From Malacoraja senta (Eukaryota): a DNA stretch of 64,000 nucleotides. This document shows positions 23,893-37,474 of this stretch, piece by piece (within the stretch, counting starts at the first letter, position 1; the number at the start of each line of letters is the position of its first letter). Position numbers and translations under genes: made by a program. The stretch is taken from positions 9,426,001 to 9,490,000 of the forward strand of contig CM075988.1 in assembly GCA_038087875.1 (NCBI GenBank), written 5' to 3'. Under the pieces are notes generated by a model that saw nothing but the letters and a program-made list of their open reading frames with translations, did no database searches and had not been told where the DNA came from.

Positions 23893-24740
23893 TTGACATG
23901 GGTGGCGCGACCCACGTCGCAACGGCCTCTGCAGTCCGTCTGTCTTTTTTATTTTTTTTGTTTTGTTTGAGTTTCGTTTATAGTGTTTTTTTTAATTGGG
24001 TATGTGTGGGGGGCGAGGTGGTGGGGGAAAATTTTAAAATCTTTTTCCTGCACAGGAGGCCAGACCTTTCTCTGTCAGGTCGCCGTTGTCGTTGGGGCCT
24101 AGCACCGTGGAGCGGCCTCCAACCGGAACGACCTGGGGCTCCAGTTGCAGAGCCGGCGGACTTACTCACCATCGCGGAGCTGGCCGAGTTCGGAACGGGA
24201 GGAGCTGTGGTGGCACGCTGCTGCGGCCCGACCCCGGAGATTCGGAGGCTCCAGCCGCCGGCCCGGTGGACGGTGACATCGGGAGCTTGCGGGTCCCTGG
24301 TGGGTGACTGCTTTTCGGGGCTCCCGCAACGGCAACTTCTCCCGCCCGAGTTGCAGGGTTGAGGATGACCTGGAGCGGGGCCTTACATCGCCCGGCGCAG
24401 CTTTACTGCCCGCGGGACTTGCTAGCGCTACCGGGGGCTCCAACATCAAGACCCGGAGCGTGGCCTTGCATCGCCCGGCGCGTCTTTAATGGCCGCGGGA
24501 CATATTTACCATCGCCCCGCCGGGGGCTTTGACTTTGACATCGGGAGGAGAATGGGGAGTGCAGGGGAGAGATAAGACTTTGCCTTCCATCACAGTGAGG
24601 AGGAGATTCACTGTGATGGATGTTTGTGTAAATTGTGTTGTGTCTTGGTTCTTTTTACTTGTTTGTATGACTGCAGAAACCAAATTTCGTTTGAACGTAG
24701 GTTCAAATGACAACAAATAAATTGTATCATATCACATCAT
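23893..24740 (+). mobile_element. GC-rich non-autonomous LINE-dependent element (same family as 63394-64000)
   Basis: Shared TGCCTTCCATCAC.GTGAGGA..CACTGTG.TGGATGTTT block and ATGACAA..AATAAA short-repeat tail. Confidence 0.6.
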
Positions 24741-24749
24741 AGAGTCATA

Positions 24750-25030
24750 GTTTCAGTTTCAGTTTAGTTTATTGTCACGTGTACCGAGGTACAGTGAAAA
24801 ACCTTTGTTGTGTGCCATCCAGTCAGCAGAAAGACAATACATGATTACAATCGAGCCATTACGGTGTGTAGATACATGATAGGGGAATTACGTTTGGTGC
24901 AAGGTAAAGCCAGTAAAGTCCGATCAAGGATAGTCCGAGGGTCACCGAAGAGGTAGATGGTAGTTCAGCACTGCTCTCTGGTTGTGGTAGGATGTGGTTG
25001 CCTGATAACAGCTGGAAAGAAATTGTTGTC
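24750..25030 (-). mobile_element. LINE 3' end fragment (possibly Rex/Babar-like); second copy at 25999-26312
   Basis: Near-identical copies with (CTAAA)n tail and GTGACAATAAA signal on the minus strand. Confidence 0.6.
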
Positions 25031-27149
25031 GAAGAATGCAATGCAGAAGTCATCTATTTCCATCCCATTCCCCCATCCACAACATTCCTCTTTACTCACA
25101 TTAGGTCTATTGTTCTCTATGCCTTGCAGTGCAGCGAGTAGCAAGTAAATTATCTAGCTTAAGAAGGGAATCATGAGAGAAGGGAATAAAATAACTTGAA
25201 TTCATCCTGTGCCTGTAATGGCATCAAGATGTACGGATGCACTTTGCAGCCAAATAAGTACTTGGAAATAGTCCATATAGAATTGGAATAATGGATAGAG
25301 CACCTTGGCATTGTAATATAGACTCATTTCCCCTCTCCTTGCTGATTACCTTCCTCCTCCACAGATAGGAAGGTAACAATTATATGTGTGGCAGTTGCTC
25401 CATTTTTCTTTCAGCTGTTATGGAATACAAATGACAAAAAAGTTCAAACTGGGAATTCAGCTCAATTTAATGACCCTGGCTCCAGTGAGGAGTGAGTGAT
25501 GTTGAGCACAGTGAGAACAGGAGCAGATTATCAATTGCTGCAAGGTGGGAAAACCTTTCAATTCATTCCCTGCTGTACTTCAATGAGTACATTAGAGGTA
25601 AGAAGCAGTTTACTGCGTATTAATGATGTTACCCGCATGTTCAGAGCTGGATAGGGACACATTCAAATGCATGATTTATTTCGAAGACCAGTGCAAGTTC
25701 AGTGACTGGATCATAAAGGGTGATATTTGTATAAATCAAAGGAACAGTCTGTCTCTTTCATGATCTGGACTCGAGACAGGTCGCTTTTATCCCAAGACTC
25801 TGTGGAAATTCTTGTTTAGAATCTGATAGGATTCTATTACAGTCAGTCAGGAAATTATGCTGCAATAATTTCTACAGCTCATAAATCATTGAGAATAGAC
25901 TCAAACAGATAACCCGGAGGCTGCTTAGCCGTTGCGGGCTCGGTGAAAGAGTGATCTAATCAGCCCAATTTCACAACAATCTTCACAATATTTCAGAATT
26001 TAGTTTAGTTTAGTTTAGTTTATTGTCACGTGGACTGAGGTACAGTGAAAAGCTTTTGTTGAGTGCTGATCAGTCAGCAGAAAGACTACATGATTCCAAT
26101 TGAGCCATTTACAGTGTGTAGATACTTGATCAGCAAATAACGTTTAGTGCAGGGTAAAACCAGCAAAGCCCGATCAAGGATAGTCCGAGGGGCACCATTG
26201 AGGTAGATAGTAGTTCGGGACTGCTCTCTGGTTGTGATAGGATGGGTTCAGTTGCCCGATAACAGCTGGGAAGAAACTGTCCCTGAATGTGAAGGTGTGC
26301 GTTTTCACACTTCAGTATTTCGGAATGGTATTTATTTTAGAAAATTATTGATGAATCTGAATCCCATCCTCTCCAGCAGTAGATAACACCTCAAGAATAA
26401 TCATAGTGAAATAACTTTATTTACCCCTATTTCATTTGTGATTTATCTTAATCTTTTCTCCAATGACACCACCATTGTTTGACAAATTATGGGTAATGAT
26501 GACCCTTGACTCTTGACTCTTGACTCCTGACTCTTAACCCTACTGATAATGAAAACATTTCTTATTTCTCAAAACATTAATTCATAATTTTGAATATCAC
26601 TATCAAGTCTACCCTTAACCTTCTCAGTGCTAAAACCCATCCCAGTTTCCGTAGTCTCCATCCAAAAATGATCCGCATTTCTCATGATCTACCTTTTTAA
26701 CCCTCTTCTAATGGACTTGGAATTCTTTCTGCTGTGTAACTTTCAGAACAATGCACCAAATTAGATCGATCAGAATTTTAATGAATAGTTTTTTGTCCTG
26801 AAAAATATCTAGTTAAAAATCATTTTGGCATCAGAAAGTCCAGAATCTATATACTGGCAGCCAAGAAAATATTAATCAAAGAATCTAAGAGGAATAGAAA
26901 TGATTCAATCATAATGTTAACATTTTAATTTTTCGTTGAAATAAGTCCAGAATCGACTTCCGGTGGCGCCATGTTGGACTGAGCAGGCGTAGCATTTTAG
27001 CTCCGTGCCCATAATCGGCGTATTTTCGCTTTAAAATTTGATTTGGAAGTCGGGACCGTGTGTAAAAACTTACCAGAGCTGCTTGTCGCGGTGCTGATGA
27101 CGTCATCAGGAATCGCCGCGAAAATAACGGAGGTTTAAGCTATTTTTAA

Positions 27150-28216
27150 ATGAAAAGAACGACTCCCTGTCAGAGCCCTCAGAGATCTGTCTCCAAGCAA
27201 CTTCTGAAAAAACAGTCACCACCTGAAAAAATTCAAGAACCTGAAGAAGTAACTGCTGAACTTCAAGAACTTGAAGAAGTAACTGCTGAACTAGCCCTGA
27301 AAATGACTACAAGATCAATGGCTGAAATGGCTGAAAAAGTTTTAAAGGACAAAGAGATGGAGGAAATTAAGACATCGGTGAGTGACTTAAAAAATGAACT
27401 TTTGGCATGTAATAAATGTATGATGGAGAGCATGATGAAGAACATGAACATTGGGAATCAGAAAGTAATTGATTCAATCGGTAATATAAATAAACGAATA
27501 GAGGATGTTCATGGTGAATTATCTTTGAAAATTGATAAGGTGGAAAAAGACTGTACTAGTAAGTTGGATGTGGTCCACCAAACTGTTACAACATGTTGTA
27601 CTACCATGAAAGATATGGAAATAGCAATGTTACAAATGTCTGAAGAAATGCAGAAAATCAAGAAGAATTATGAAGATGTCGTGGGTCAGCTGGCTAAAAT
27701 GTCAGATAAATGCCTTGATTTGGAAGCAAGGTCAAGACGGCAGAATTTAAGAATAGTTGGAGTGACAGAAGGAGAGGAGGGGAATGATCCCCGAGAGTAG
27801 ACTGCCAACTTACTTAAAAATATACTCGACCTGCCAACTAAACCGAAAATAGAAGTGGCACACCGGGTGAAACGACCAAAATCAAGGGCACAAACAAAAG
27901 GAGCTGACAGATCATTGTGAAATTTCGGGACATTTCAGCTTTGGAAGAGGCCATGAGAAAAATACAATATGGAAAGATTATGAAGTTTGGGACGGACACT
28001 ATCAGACTTTTTAGAGACTATCCTTATGAAATTGCTAAAAAACGAGAAGCGTTTAAAAATATACAACAGATCTTGAAAGGGCACAGGGACATCAGATATG
28101 GAATAATTTATCCAGCTAAGATGATCATTACTTATAATGGTACCGAACGCAAATTTACTGATCCAGAAGCTGCTTACAAATACGCTCAAGACATCGTAAA
28201 AGAAATAGAGGCTTAA
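27150..28216 (+). pseudogene. L1 ORF1p (coiled coil, RRM, CTD), disrupted
   Basis: DLEARSRRQNLRIVGVTEG, IRLFRDY, YGIIYPAKMII; stop at 27798-27800. Confidence 0.92.
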
Positions 28217-29285
28217 GTAAAACATCACATCCTCAAGACAAGGTTTTTATTCTACAGACAACGGCTGAGGGAAGGTCGATAGAAATAACTTTTTAAATTA
28301 AAAAAAAAGGATTAAGATGGCGCAGCTTCTCCATGTGCGGCTGTCTAGACTCTCTTATCTCCTCAAGGACAAATTCGGCTTCAACATGAGCGAAAGATGG
28401 AATAACAAGGGTGTGGCTGATTGAACAACCTAACGAAGATGGATGGAAAAAAAATTCCTGAATGAAAGACTGTTAAAATTTTATCCCTACACTAATTCCA
28501 TACTAACACAAAAACTACTGAACTAATATAGTAATAGTAATTAAAGTTATTGAAATTAACACACTAACAGTAATAGTAATTGATTTAAAATTGAATTGTT
28601 TAATTGATAAAATGTAATAATTCATTATAAGGATTGACCCCCCCCCCCCGGGTAGGGGAGGAGGGGGGCTAAATATAAGTAAATAGATTTACAACAGACT
28701 AACAAATTAATTTAGAAATTATGATAAGCTGTAGTCCAAATTTTGTGTGGAAGGAGGTGAGGAGATTCAGAATCTTGGCAAATAGCCAGGTGCCTGAATC
28801 GGGTTAACCCCTTCCAACCAAAGGCAGATTAGTATGGAAGAGGAAGAAAATGTAATAATTGTTAACATAAGTAAATGGTAGATAAGTTTGGAGATTAGAG
28901 AAGATTTATTTAGATATAAAGATATGGTAGATACGGTAAGGCTGACACATGAAATTTGGCTTTGAATGGGTCCCAACTCTCTTTTGTAAGATTATTCAAG
29001 GGGACGGAGCTAAATGTAGATTAACAACTACGGAAGTCATTAATTGTGTAACTACCACCATTAGGTGGATAATTGGTCACAGTGTCGTCATTTTTAGACA
29101 CTGTAACATCACTTTTTTGATTTTTTTTAAATGTCACAATAATGTACACTTTTTTGTTTCTTTACTTAAGGACAATTTTGAGAGGGATGTAATAACTGAA
29201 TTTAATATTGCAAATGCTCGCCCAACAGCCAGAGACCTAAGGTATTGCTTGCACCACATGTTTAAAAGGTATTAAATAATTCAAA

Positions 29286-32200
29286 ATGCAAGATGATAAA
29301 CAAAATAAATTTGGAGGAATCACATTCTGCAGTTGGAATATTAGGGGTGCTAATGAACCAATTAAAAGGGGTAAGATTTTTGCACAATTGAAGTCACTCA
29401 ATACGGACATAATATTCCTACAAAAAACTCACTTGAAACTGCAAGCTCAAGCCAGATTGAAGGCAAACTGGATAGGCCAAACATACCAATCTTCATATAT
29501 TTCCAAAGCTAGAGGCACAGCAATCATTATTCGAAAAGGTATACCATTTAAATCGAAGAATATCATGACAGATAAGGAAGGGAGATACCTTATAGTTACC
29601 GGAGAGATTCATGCTACCCCAATTACCTTGGTAAATATTTATGCACCTAATTTTGATAATCCTCAATTTTTAAATAAAATTTTGAATATAATTAGAGTTC
29701 AATTATCAAAATGTGATAATTGGGGGAGATTTTAACTGTGTTTTAGATCCATATTTGGATAAATCTTCACAACAGAGTAGGGGCAACACAAAATCTAAAA
29801 CCAGGGAAATCTTAAATACTTACATAAAAAAAACAAATATACCAGATGTTTGGAGGATCGCTAACCCTGTCGGAAGGGAATACTCATTTTATTCAATGGT
29901 ACACAAAACTTATTCACGTATCGACTATTTCCTAGTGGATACAAAATTAATTCCCTATACAATGAATCCAAAATATCATAATAGTATAATTTCTGATCAC
30001 TCCCCGTTAACTTTTTTTTTTAAATTAGAAGGAATGCCTTCTAATAAATCGTTTTGGAGGTTTAATCCTCAAATCTTAAATGACCCACAAGGGGAAATAT
30101 ATTTAAAACAACAGATGGAACTTTTTTTAAAGAATAATGACACCCCAGATACCTCACCAGTTCTAATATGGGAATCATTCAAAGCAGTTATTAGAGTATC
30201 TATAATCTCATACCAAGCTTTTTAAAATAAAAGAAATAAGAAAGAACAAAGGCAGTTAGAAGAACGAATTAGAGAATTGGAATTAGATAATGCTAAAGAG
30301 CCTACTATAGACAAACATAATAAAATAACAATAATGAAATTTAAATTAAACAAAATATTATCAGCAAATGTTATTAGATTATTTCAAATCACAAAACAGG
30401 AAAATTTTGAATTTGGGGATAAACCACACAAGCTTCTGGCTCGACAACTGAAAAAACGGGAAAAGGACCACACGATTTTAAAGATTAAATCAGATAAAGG
30501 GGAATTGTTAACACTACCTAAGGATATTAATAAAAGATTCACTCAATTTTATCAAAATTTATATACATCTAAAGCGGTAGCAGATAGTACCAAAGTTAGA
30601 GAGTTCCTGGATAATTGTAATCTCCCAAAACTCAATGTGAGTGAACAAGAGGAATTAGGTGCACGTCTCAACTAAGGAAATAGAAGAAACAATAAATACA
30701 TTAAAGAATGGAAAAACTCCAGGACCAGATGGTTTTAGTAATGAATTTTATAAAAGATTTTACGAGATAATTACACCACGACTACATAACTGTATACATA
30801 TGCTTTTAAACAACATACACTTCCAGAAACATTGGCGGAGTCAACGATTACACTTATACCTAAAAAAGGTAAAGGTTTAGAAGATCCGGGTTCTTATAGA
30901 GCTATTGCGCTGTTAAATACAGATCAAAAAATATTAGCGAAAACATTAGCTAGAAGGCTAAGTAACTATGTCAGTAAATTCATAAATCCGGATCAAACAG
31001 GGTTTATACCCAAGAGATATTCAAGTAATAACCTGAGACATCTGTTTAATATAATGCACTCACATAAAACCGAAGAGCAAGACTTATCAATTATTTCACT
31101 GGATGCAGAAAAAGCATTTGATCAAGTGGAATGTGATTATATGGTTAAAGTATTGCAAAAATTTCAAGTGGGAGAAAATTTTATAGCTTGGGTAAAATTA
31201 TTATATGATAGGCCTACGGCCAGAATATTAACTAATAATATTTTGTCCTCGAAATATCAGTTATCAAGGGGAAATAGACAGGGGTGTTCATTATCACCTC
31301 TGCTATTTGCTCTTGTAATAGAACCGTTAGCGGAAAGTATTAGGATACATCCGAATATTCATGGGTACAATACAAAATATTCAAATAATAAGATATCTTT
31401 ATATGCAGGTGATGTACTACTATATATTACAAAATCACAAACTAGTATACCAAATATATTAAATTTAATTGAGGAATTTGGATCCTTTTCAGGATATAGA
31501 ATAAATTGGAATAAAAGTGAAATTATGATGATTAAACCTCAAGAATCGACACACCTGTTAAAATTCCCTTTTAAAATCGCTTCAGAAAAATTTAAATATT
31601 TGGGAATTGAAATTACTAGAAAATATAAATCTCTATTTAATGCAAACTATATGCCCTTACTCAATAAACTAAACACACTGATTAAATTCTGGAAAACCCT
31701 CCTGATGTCTCTTATAGGCCGAATAAATGCTATAAAAATGATCTTTTTACCACAAATTTTATATCTATTCCAGTCAATAAAATATACTTACCCAAAAATT
31801 AAAAAAAAAAATTTGGATGCTGATATTACAAATTTTATATGGGTCTATAAATCCCACAGAATCCAAAGAAAACATTGTGTAAACCTAAGGAATTTGGTGG
31901 ATTATCACTCCCCAATTTTTTATATTATTATTGGGCCACAAATGTCAAAAATATGATTCACCTGTTGGACAATTCGGCCCAACGGGTGAATTGGATAGTA
32001 ATGGAGAGAGAGGACTGTTCCCCTTTTAACATAGGAGCGATCCTTCTCTCACCAACAAAAATAAAGAATACAATATATAGTAAAAATCCAATTATTCATA
32101 GTACAATTAGAATTTGGAAACAAATAAAATTAACGTTAAAATTAAGAAATCTATCACTTCTTTCACCTATAATGAATAACCCTTTGTTTAAACCTTCTAT

Positions 32201-33071
32201 GATGGATAGAGCTTTTATAAATTGGGAAAGAGTAGGAATTAAAACGTTTGGAGATATGTATGATAATGGACGTTTTTTAACATTTCACCAATTACAACTT
32301 AAATACAACTTGAATAGTAATCAATATTTCAAATATTTTCAACTACGTGACTATTTGAAAAAGTATACACGAGAATATCAAAATATGTCTCCTGACCTAT
32401 TAGATGGGATAATGAATATATAAGCGGAATCAGCTAATTTAATATCATACCTATATAATTCCATTTTAAATATAGAAATTCCATCATCGGACGGGATTAG
32501 AAGAGAATGGGAACAGGAACTAGCTATAAAAATCTCAAAAGAGAGTTGGGATAAACATCTATTATATGTGCATACATGTTCGATTAACGTAAGACATACT
32601 CTGATTCAATTTAAAATTTTACATAGATTATATTATTCAAAAGCTAAATTAAGTAAATTTGATCCAAATACCTCTGCTAACTGTGATAAATCCCTAGTCC
32701 AAGAATCAACTATAGCACATTCTTTTGTTTTTTGTATAAAAATTCAAATATTTTGGAATGACATTTTTGAAATTTTCACCAAATTATTTGAAATAAAACT
32801 GAAACCGAATGCAGAACTGATTATTTTTGGAACAATAGAAGCAAGTTTGGAGCTGACTGCGTTTCAAAGGAGTTTTCTTAGTTATGGCTTAATAACGGCA
32901 AAAAAACTGATACTGAAATTTTGGAAAAAAGCTCATACGCCAACAATAAAAATGTGGACTTCTAATATGTCGGAATTGTTACATCTAGAAGATATGAGAT
33001 TCCTCCTAGCAGATAAACAAGACCAATTCCAAAAGATTTGGTCTCCATATATCGACTTATTACAAACATAG
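29286..33071 (+). pseudogene. L1 ORF2p (APE endonuclease, RT, C-terminal domain), multiple frameshifts
   Basis: SWNIRG, NIYAPN, GGDFN, YSRIDY, SDH; KTPGPDGF, SYRAIALLN, LDAEKAFD, RQGCSLSP, YAGD (mutated YADD). Confidence 0.95.
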
Positions 33072-33569
33072 GGTGCAACAAAATGATGATAATAAATGGT
33101 TTTAGGATCTGGCGAGGGGTAAAGATAAGAAGTAGGTACATCCCTTTCATATTGTCCTATCTTATTTTCTTTTTTCTCTTTTTTTCTTTTCTTCTTTAAC
33201 TACTTCTTGTGGTTTAGGTTCACATGTGTGTTCCTGGACCACTTTTTCATTCACTCACTGACTGTCTTTGCTAGCTCTTTCTATCCTTTTTTTCTATTTA
33301 AGTTGAAAAACAGAAGTGGTACAAGAACTGTATAAATTTACGTTATTGCAGATTACTGTAATGTAAAATACTTCTAATAAAAAAAGGAAAAAAAAAAAAA
33401 AAAAAAAAAAAAGAAAGTCCAGAATCTATATACTGGCAGCCAAGAAAATATCAATCAAAGAATCTATGAGGAATCAATCATAATGTTAACATTTTAATTG
33501 TTCGTTGAAATAATTTTGCTTATCCCACTATCATTTCCCCTCCCCTCTTCAATCAATTGAAGATTTAAC

Positions 33570-33875
33570 TGTGGCATGGTGGCGCAGTGGTAGAGTTGCT
33601 GCCTTACAGCACCAGAGACCCAGATTTGATCCTGCCTACGGGTGCTGTCGGTACAGAGTTTGTACATTTTCCCCATGACCGTTGGTCTTCTCCACAATCT
33701 CTGGTTTTCTACCACACTCCAAAGATGTACAGATTTGTAGGTTATGTTGGCTTGGTATAATTGTAAAAATTGTAAAAAAAACTGTGTAGGATAGTGTGCG
33801 GGGATCGCTGGTCAGCGTGGACTCGGTGGGTCGAAGGGCCTACTTCCATGCTGTATTTCAAAACTCTAAACTCTA
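33570..33875 (+). mobile_element. HE1-like SINE
   Basis: GTGGCGCAGTGGTAGAGTTGCTGCC head, core and tail. Confidence 0.85.
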
Positions 33876-34879
33876 ATTGCATTATTTATTCTATTTAATC
33901 TAACATTGAAGGAATAAAATCACTCGACTCATTTTATGTGATGGCATATTTATGTGAAGATATTGGAACTGCACTGCCAATATTAGCATTCAGTGTCTGT
34001 ATGCTAATGGCTGTACAACTAAATTTTACAGGCATTGATCCAGTCAATTAATTTTATTCAATGTCCCAAAACATTACTATTTGTTCTTATTTTCTTTTGT
34101 GTAAGACTGTATAGATTATTTTTGCGAGAAAATGTAAGAATTCCCATTAGCATGAGAACTGCAAGGGCAATCCCAAGACCATAGCAAAGGAACAAGAATC
34201 CTCCATAGGTTACAATCTCCCTTTCAACACAAGCCACTTTAAACATTGTACAATATTGCAGAATTTTAATGAAGTCATATTAGCATCAGGAAGCCCCGAA
34301 CCATACTGGCAGCCAGGAAAGTTTCAGTCATAGAATATATGGGGAATAGGAATGATTCAATTATAATCGGTGCTTAAACTCAAATTTCTTGTTGAATGAA
34401 AATTTTACTCCAAAATCAAGTCCTTCGCCATTTCGTAACAATGACCATTTTATGACTGAAGTATCCCATACCTGACATTCTCATGACAACACATTGATAT
34501 CCCTGGTGGCAATTGACTTGAATACGAGTGATCTTTCACTTCAGGGATATTTTTGTCAAATGTCTTTTCTTTTTTGAAGCTTATGCGGAAAATTATTGGC
34601 AGAAATTACTTTCATCCAAATCTTTAGGTTGCTCTCTTAACATTGTTGTTGGCCTTATCTCTGACACCTCAGACATGCACAGTTACCCAGCTGGATTGGA
34701 CTGCATTCATCTGCTCTGCCTAGTTTTAGATAATCAGTTCCGTGACTTCTGTCTCTCCTCCTGTATTGTTATCTCTGCATCTCTCTAAATATCTATCATT
34801 GGGCTCCCCTGTTCCTCATTGACAGGCTATCTGTCAGAGATATTGTCCATAAATACAATGTCAAACTCCATATGTTTAC

Positions 34880-35042
34880 TGGTGTAGGCAAGAACTGCAG
34901 ATGCTGGTTTAAATCGAAGATAGACACACAATTCTGGAGTAGACACAAACTGCTAGCGTCTCGCCCTGAAATGTCACCCATTCCTTCTCTCCAGAGATGC
35001 TGTCTGTCCCGCTAAGTTACTCCAGCATTTTGTGTCTATCTT
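34880..35042. mobile_element. Short palindromic Penelope pLTR-derived insertion
   Basis: Inverted pLTR halves; flanks TCCATATGTTTAC / TCCATATATTTAC resemble a TSD. Confidence 0.7.
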
Positions 35043-35149
35043 CCATATATTTACAGATGATTCACATCTCTACTGTACTAATATATTCTTGACCCCCTTC
35101 TTCCCCACCTCACCCCACCAACTTCTCTGACTCAACTGAGCTGAGCAAT

Positions 35150-35490
35150 TCTCTGATACTGCTAGCAGTGAAAAGGCTGTCTTAGATCCACGCAAAATCT
35201 CTTACATCTCACCTTAACCCACGCCCTCTGGTCTGAGACATCTCTGCTATGCGCTGAAGGTTTTTTACCATACACACTATCTATGTCTCTTATAAATGTA
35301 TATAATTCTATCAGGTTCCCCCTTAGCCTCCTTTGCTCCAAGTATAAAAAAACAGCCCATCCAGTCTCTCCTCATAAATGAATCATTACATCCAAGGCAC
35401 ATCATTGTGAATCTCCTCGGCACCTTCTTCTGTGCAATTGTATCCAACCAGAGTATGGTGACCACAACAGCAGCAATATAGAAGTGAGGC
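35150..35490 (-). mobile_element. Degenerate CR1-like LINE fragment
   Basis: Similar to 1900-2250. Confidence 0.55.
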
Positions 35491-35689
35491 AACATCTTCA
35501 TTGTATCGTCCATCACCCATCCAGAACACAGTGGAGTTTCTCCTGGGCTCTTGTTAATCCTCCTGGTCCCATTCATCCATCTCAGTGTTAGACTTCACAG
35601 ATCCAGGGGCGTTCATTGGAGCAAGACATCAGGGGACAAAAAGACAATTAGTTTAGTTGAATATTTCCCTTCCAGAGGGGGGACCTCTT

Positions 35690-36040
35690 TGGAACTTAGT
35701 GAATAGTGAAAGCCCTGGATAGAGTGGATGTGCCGAGTATGTTTCGACTAGTGGGAGAGTCAAGGAACAGAGGGCACAGCCTCAAAATAAAAGGATGTAC
35801 CATCAGAAAAGAGATGATGAGGATTTTCTTTAGTCAGAGGGTGGTGAATCTGCGGCTGTGGAGGCCAAGCCATGGGAAATTGGCAGATACTTGATTAGTA
35901 AGGATGTAGTTATGGGGAGAAGGCAGTAGAGGATGGTATGCGGTTGAGAGGAAAAGATAGATCTGCCATGATTGAATGGCAGAGTAGATCCGATGGGCTG
36001 AATGGCCTAATTCTACTCCTATGACATGAACATAAACTTA
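35690..36040 (+). mobile_element. CR1/HER1-like LINE 3' fragment
   Basis: Encodes ESRNRGHSLKI..FFSQRVVNL (CR1 ORF2 C-terminus) plus the 3' tail. Confidence 0.8.
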
Positions 36041-36460
36041 TATCCACAACATGCTTAACCCCCCTCGGCTTGTTAGGCACATTGATATTTCCAAACAGAA
36101 GAGCCGATGTTCAAACGTTCAGATTGAGGTAAACTAGGCTGGAAATAGCTGGGATCATTCTGCCCGCTCTAATTCTTAGCACACCAGGGTGTACTTTGGC
36201 CACTCATGAGATATTGTCCATTCCTTTGCAGGTGAAAAGTGATGCTGGAAATAGCATTTTGTGAGCGATTAGCTTGTTGAGCTGCCTCACAAAATAAATG
36301 TGTAGTGTCACTCACGTTGAGAAAACCCCCAGATGCATGTAGGCTTTTCCATCTGCCTCTGGAGCATAGATATTAATTTCAATAAAGAACATCTGTTCCC
36401 ATTATCTGAATATTTTTGACAAATGTTTGACCATATAGATTGGAATAGATAGGGTAGGTG

Positions 36461-37474
36461 TGTCGGGGTTTAGTTCCCTTTGCTCCACTCCGGGCCCAAC
36501 TGCCCGAGTGATTCTCTCCCTTGTCGGTGGGTCAAATGGCCACCACTCCACTCGAGCGGTTCCCAAGAGAGAATACATAAAATGGGTTCCCCTGGGTTCT
36601 AGACCTCGGAATTATGGTGGGATATGATAAAAGGTTGACTTGACCAGAGCGTGCTGATGAGAGAAAACAGAAACTAAGACGGACTCAAAGCAAGTCTAAA
36701 ATTTACAGGCTTTATTGAACAAATGAGAAATCGAATCTCACCAACTCTACATAATACGTGACTAAACTTATGCTTTAAACTAAGACTATGGAAAGAAAAT
36801 TATCGGGCATGTCGTAAAAACTTACTTTACACAATTTTAATTACAAATGCACCCCCTTTCCCCTTCTTCTCTCAACCTCTATCCTATTTCGGGAACTTCA
36901 CCAGGTCGTCTGGGGTACTTACAGCTAGATCGATGCAGGATCACGAGTCGTCCAACAGAGCAGAAAAAGAGAGCGAGCTCTTGCTTGCCTATCCCTTTTA
37001 TACCCGAGTTTCTCCCTTGAAACCTCCCAGGTGGTCCTCTGGACAAAAGGGTCTTTCGATGATTCCCAGTTTCGATCTGGCATGAACAATAGGCTTCCGA
37101 TGATAATGGGTTTGCTGATGTCACGATGCATCAGCTTAATCGTTATCCCATCACCTGGATGGGCTCCCATTGTCCTGATGGATGGGCCATTTACGATGGT
37201 GATTGTCTTGCTGCTGGGCGATTTACCCCCGTCTGCTGGGCTCGGTACCTTCCTTTGTCTTTCCAAGATAATCTCGTTATCTCCGTCCCGGCCTTTCCTG
37301 TTCTCACCATTCGCATAGTCATGTGGCTGCCCAGGCCCACAGACAGGTTTTAAACTTGTTCTTCTGTGATCCCTTGGGGGTTTTCCTTTTGCAGCCAGCA
37401 TGTCTGTTTTAAAATGTCCAGTTCCTTATCCCCGAGTTCTTCCATAATTTGAGGATTTTCCCCAATAACTTACA
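36461..37474 (-). repeat. ERV 3' LTR (1014 bp)
   Basis: Colinear with 44969-45982; about 24 substitutions by manual count and no indels seen. Confidence 0.96.

Larger units (their letters stand above)
26955..33412 (+). mobile_element. Full-length, decayed L1-clade LINE
   Basis: CpG-rich 5'UTR starting GACTTCCGGTGGCGCCATG, ORF1, ~1.07-kb spacer, ORF2, AATAAA and poly(A); TSD AAGTCCAGAATC at 26943-26954 and 33415-33426. Confidence 0.96.

Noticed and set aside
28949..29275. 108-aa ORF in the L1 spacer
   Set aside because: No motif or support; could be chance in AT-rich spacer sequence
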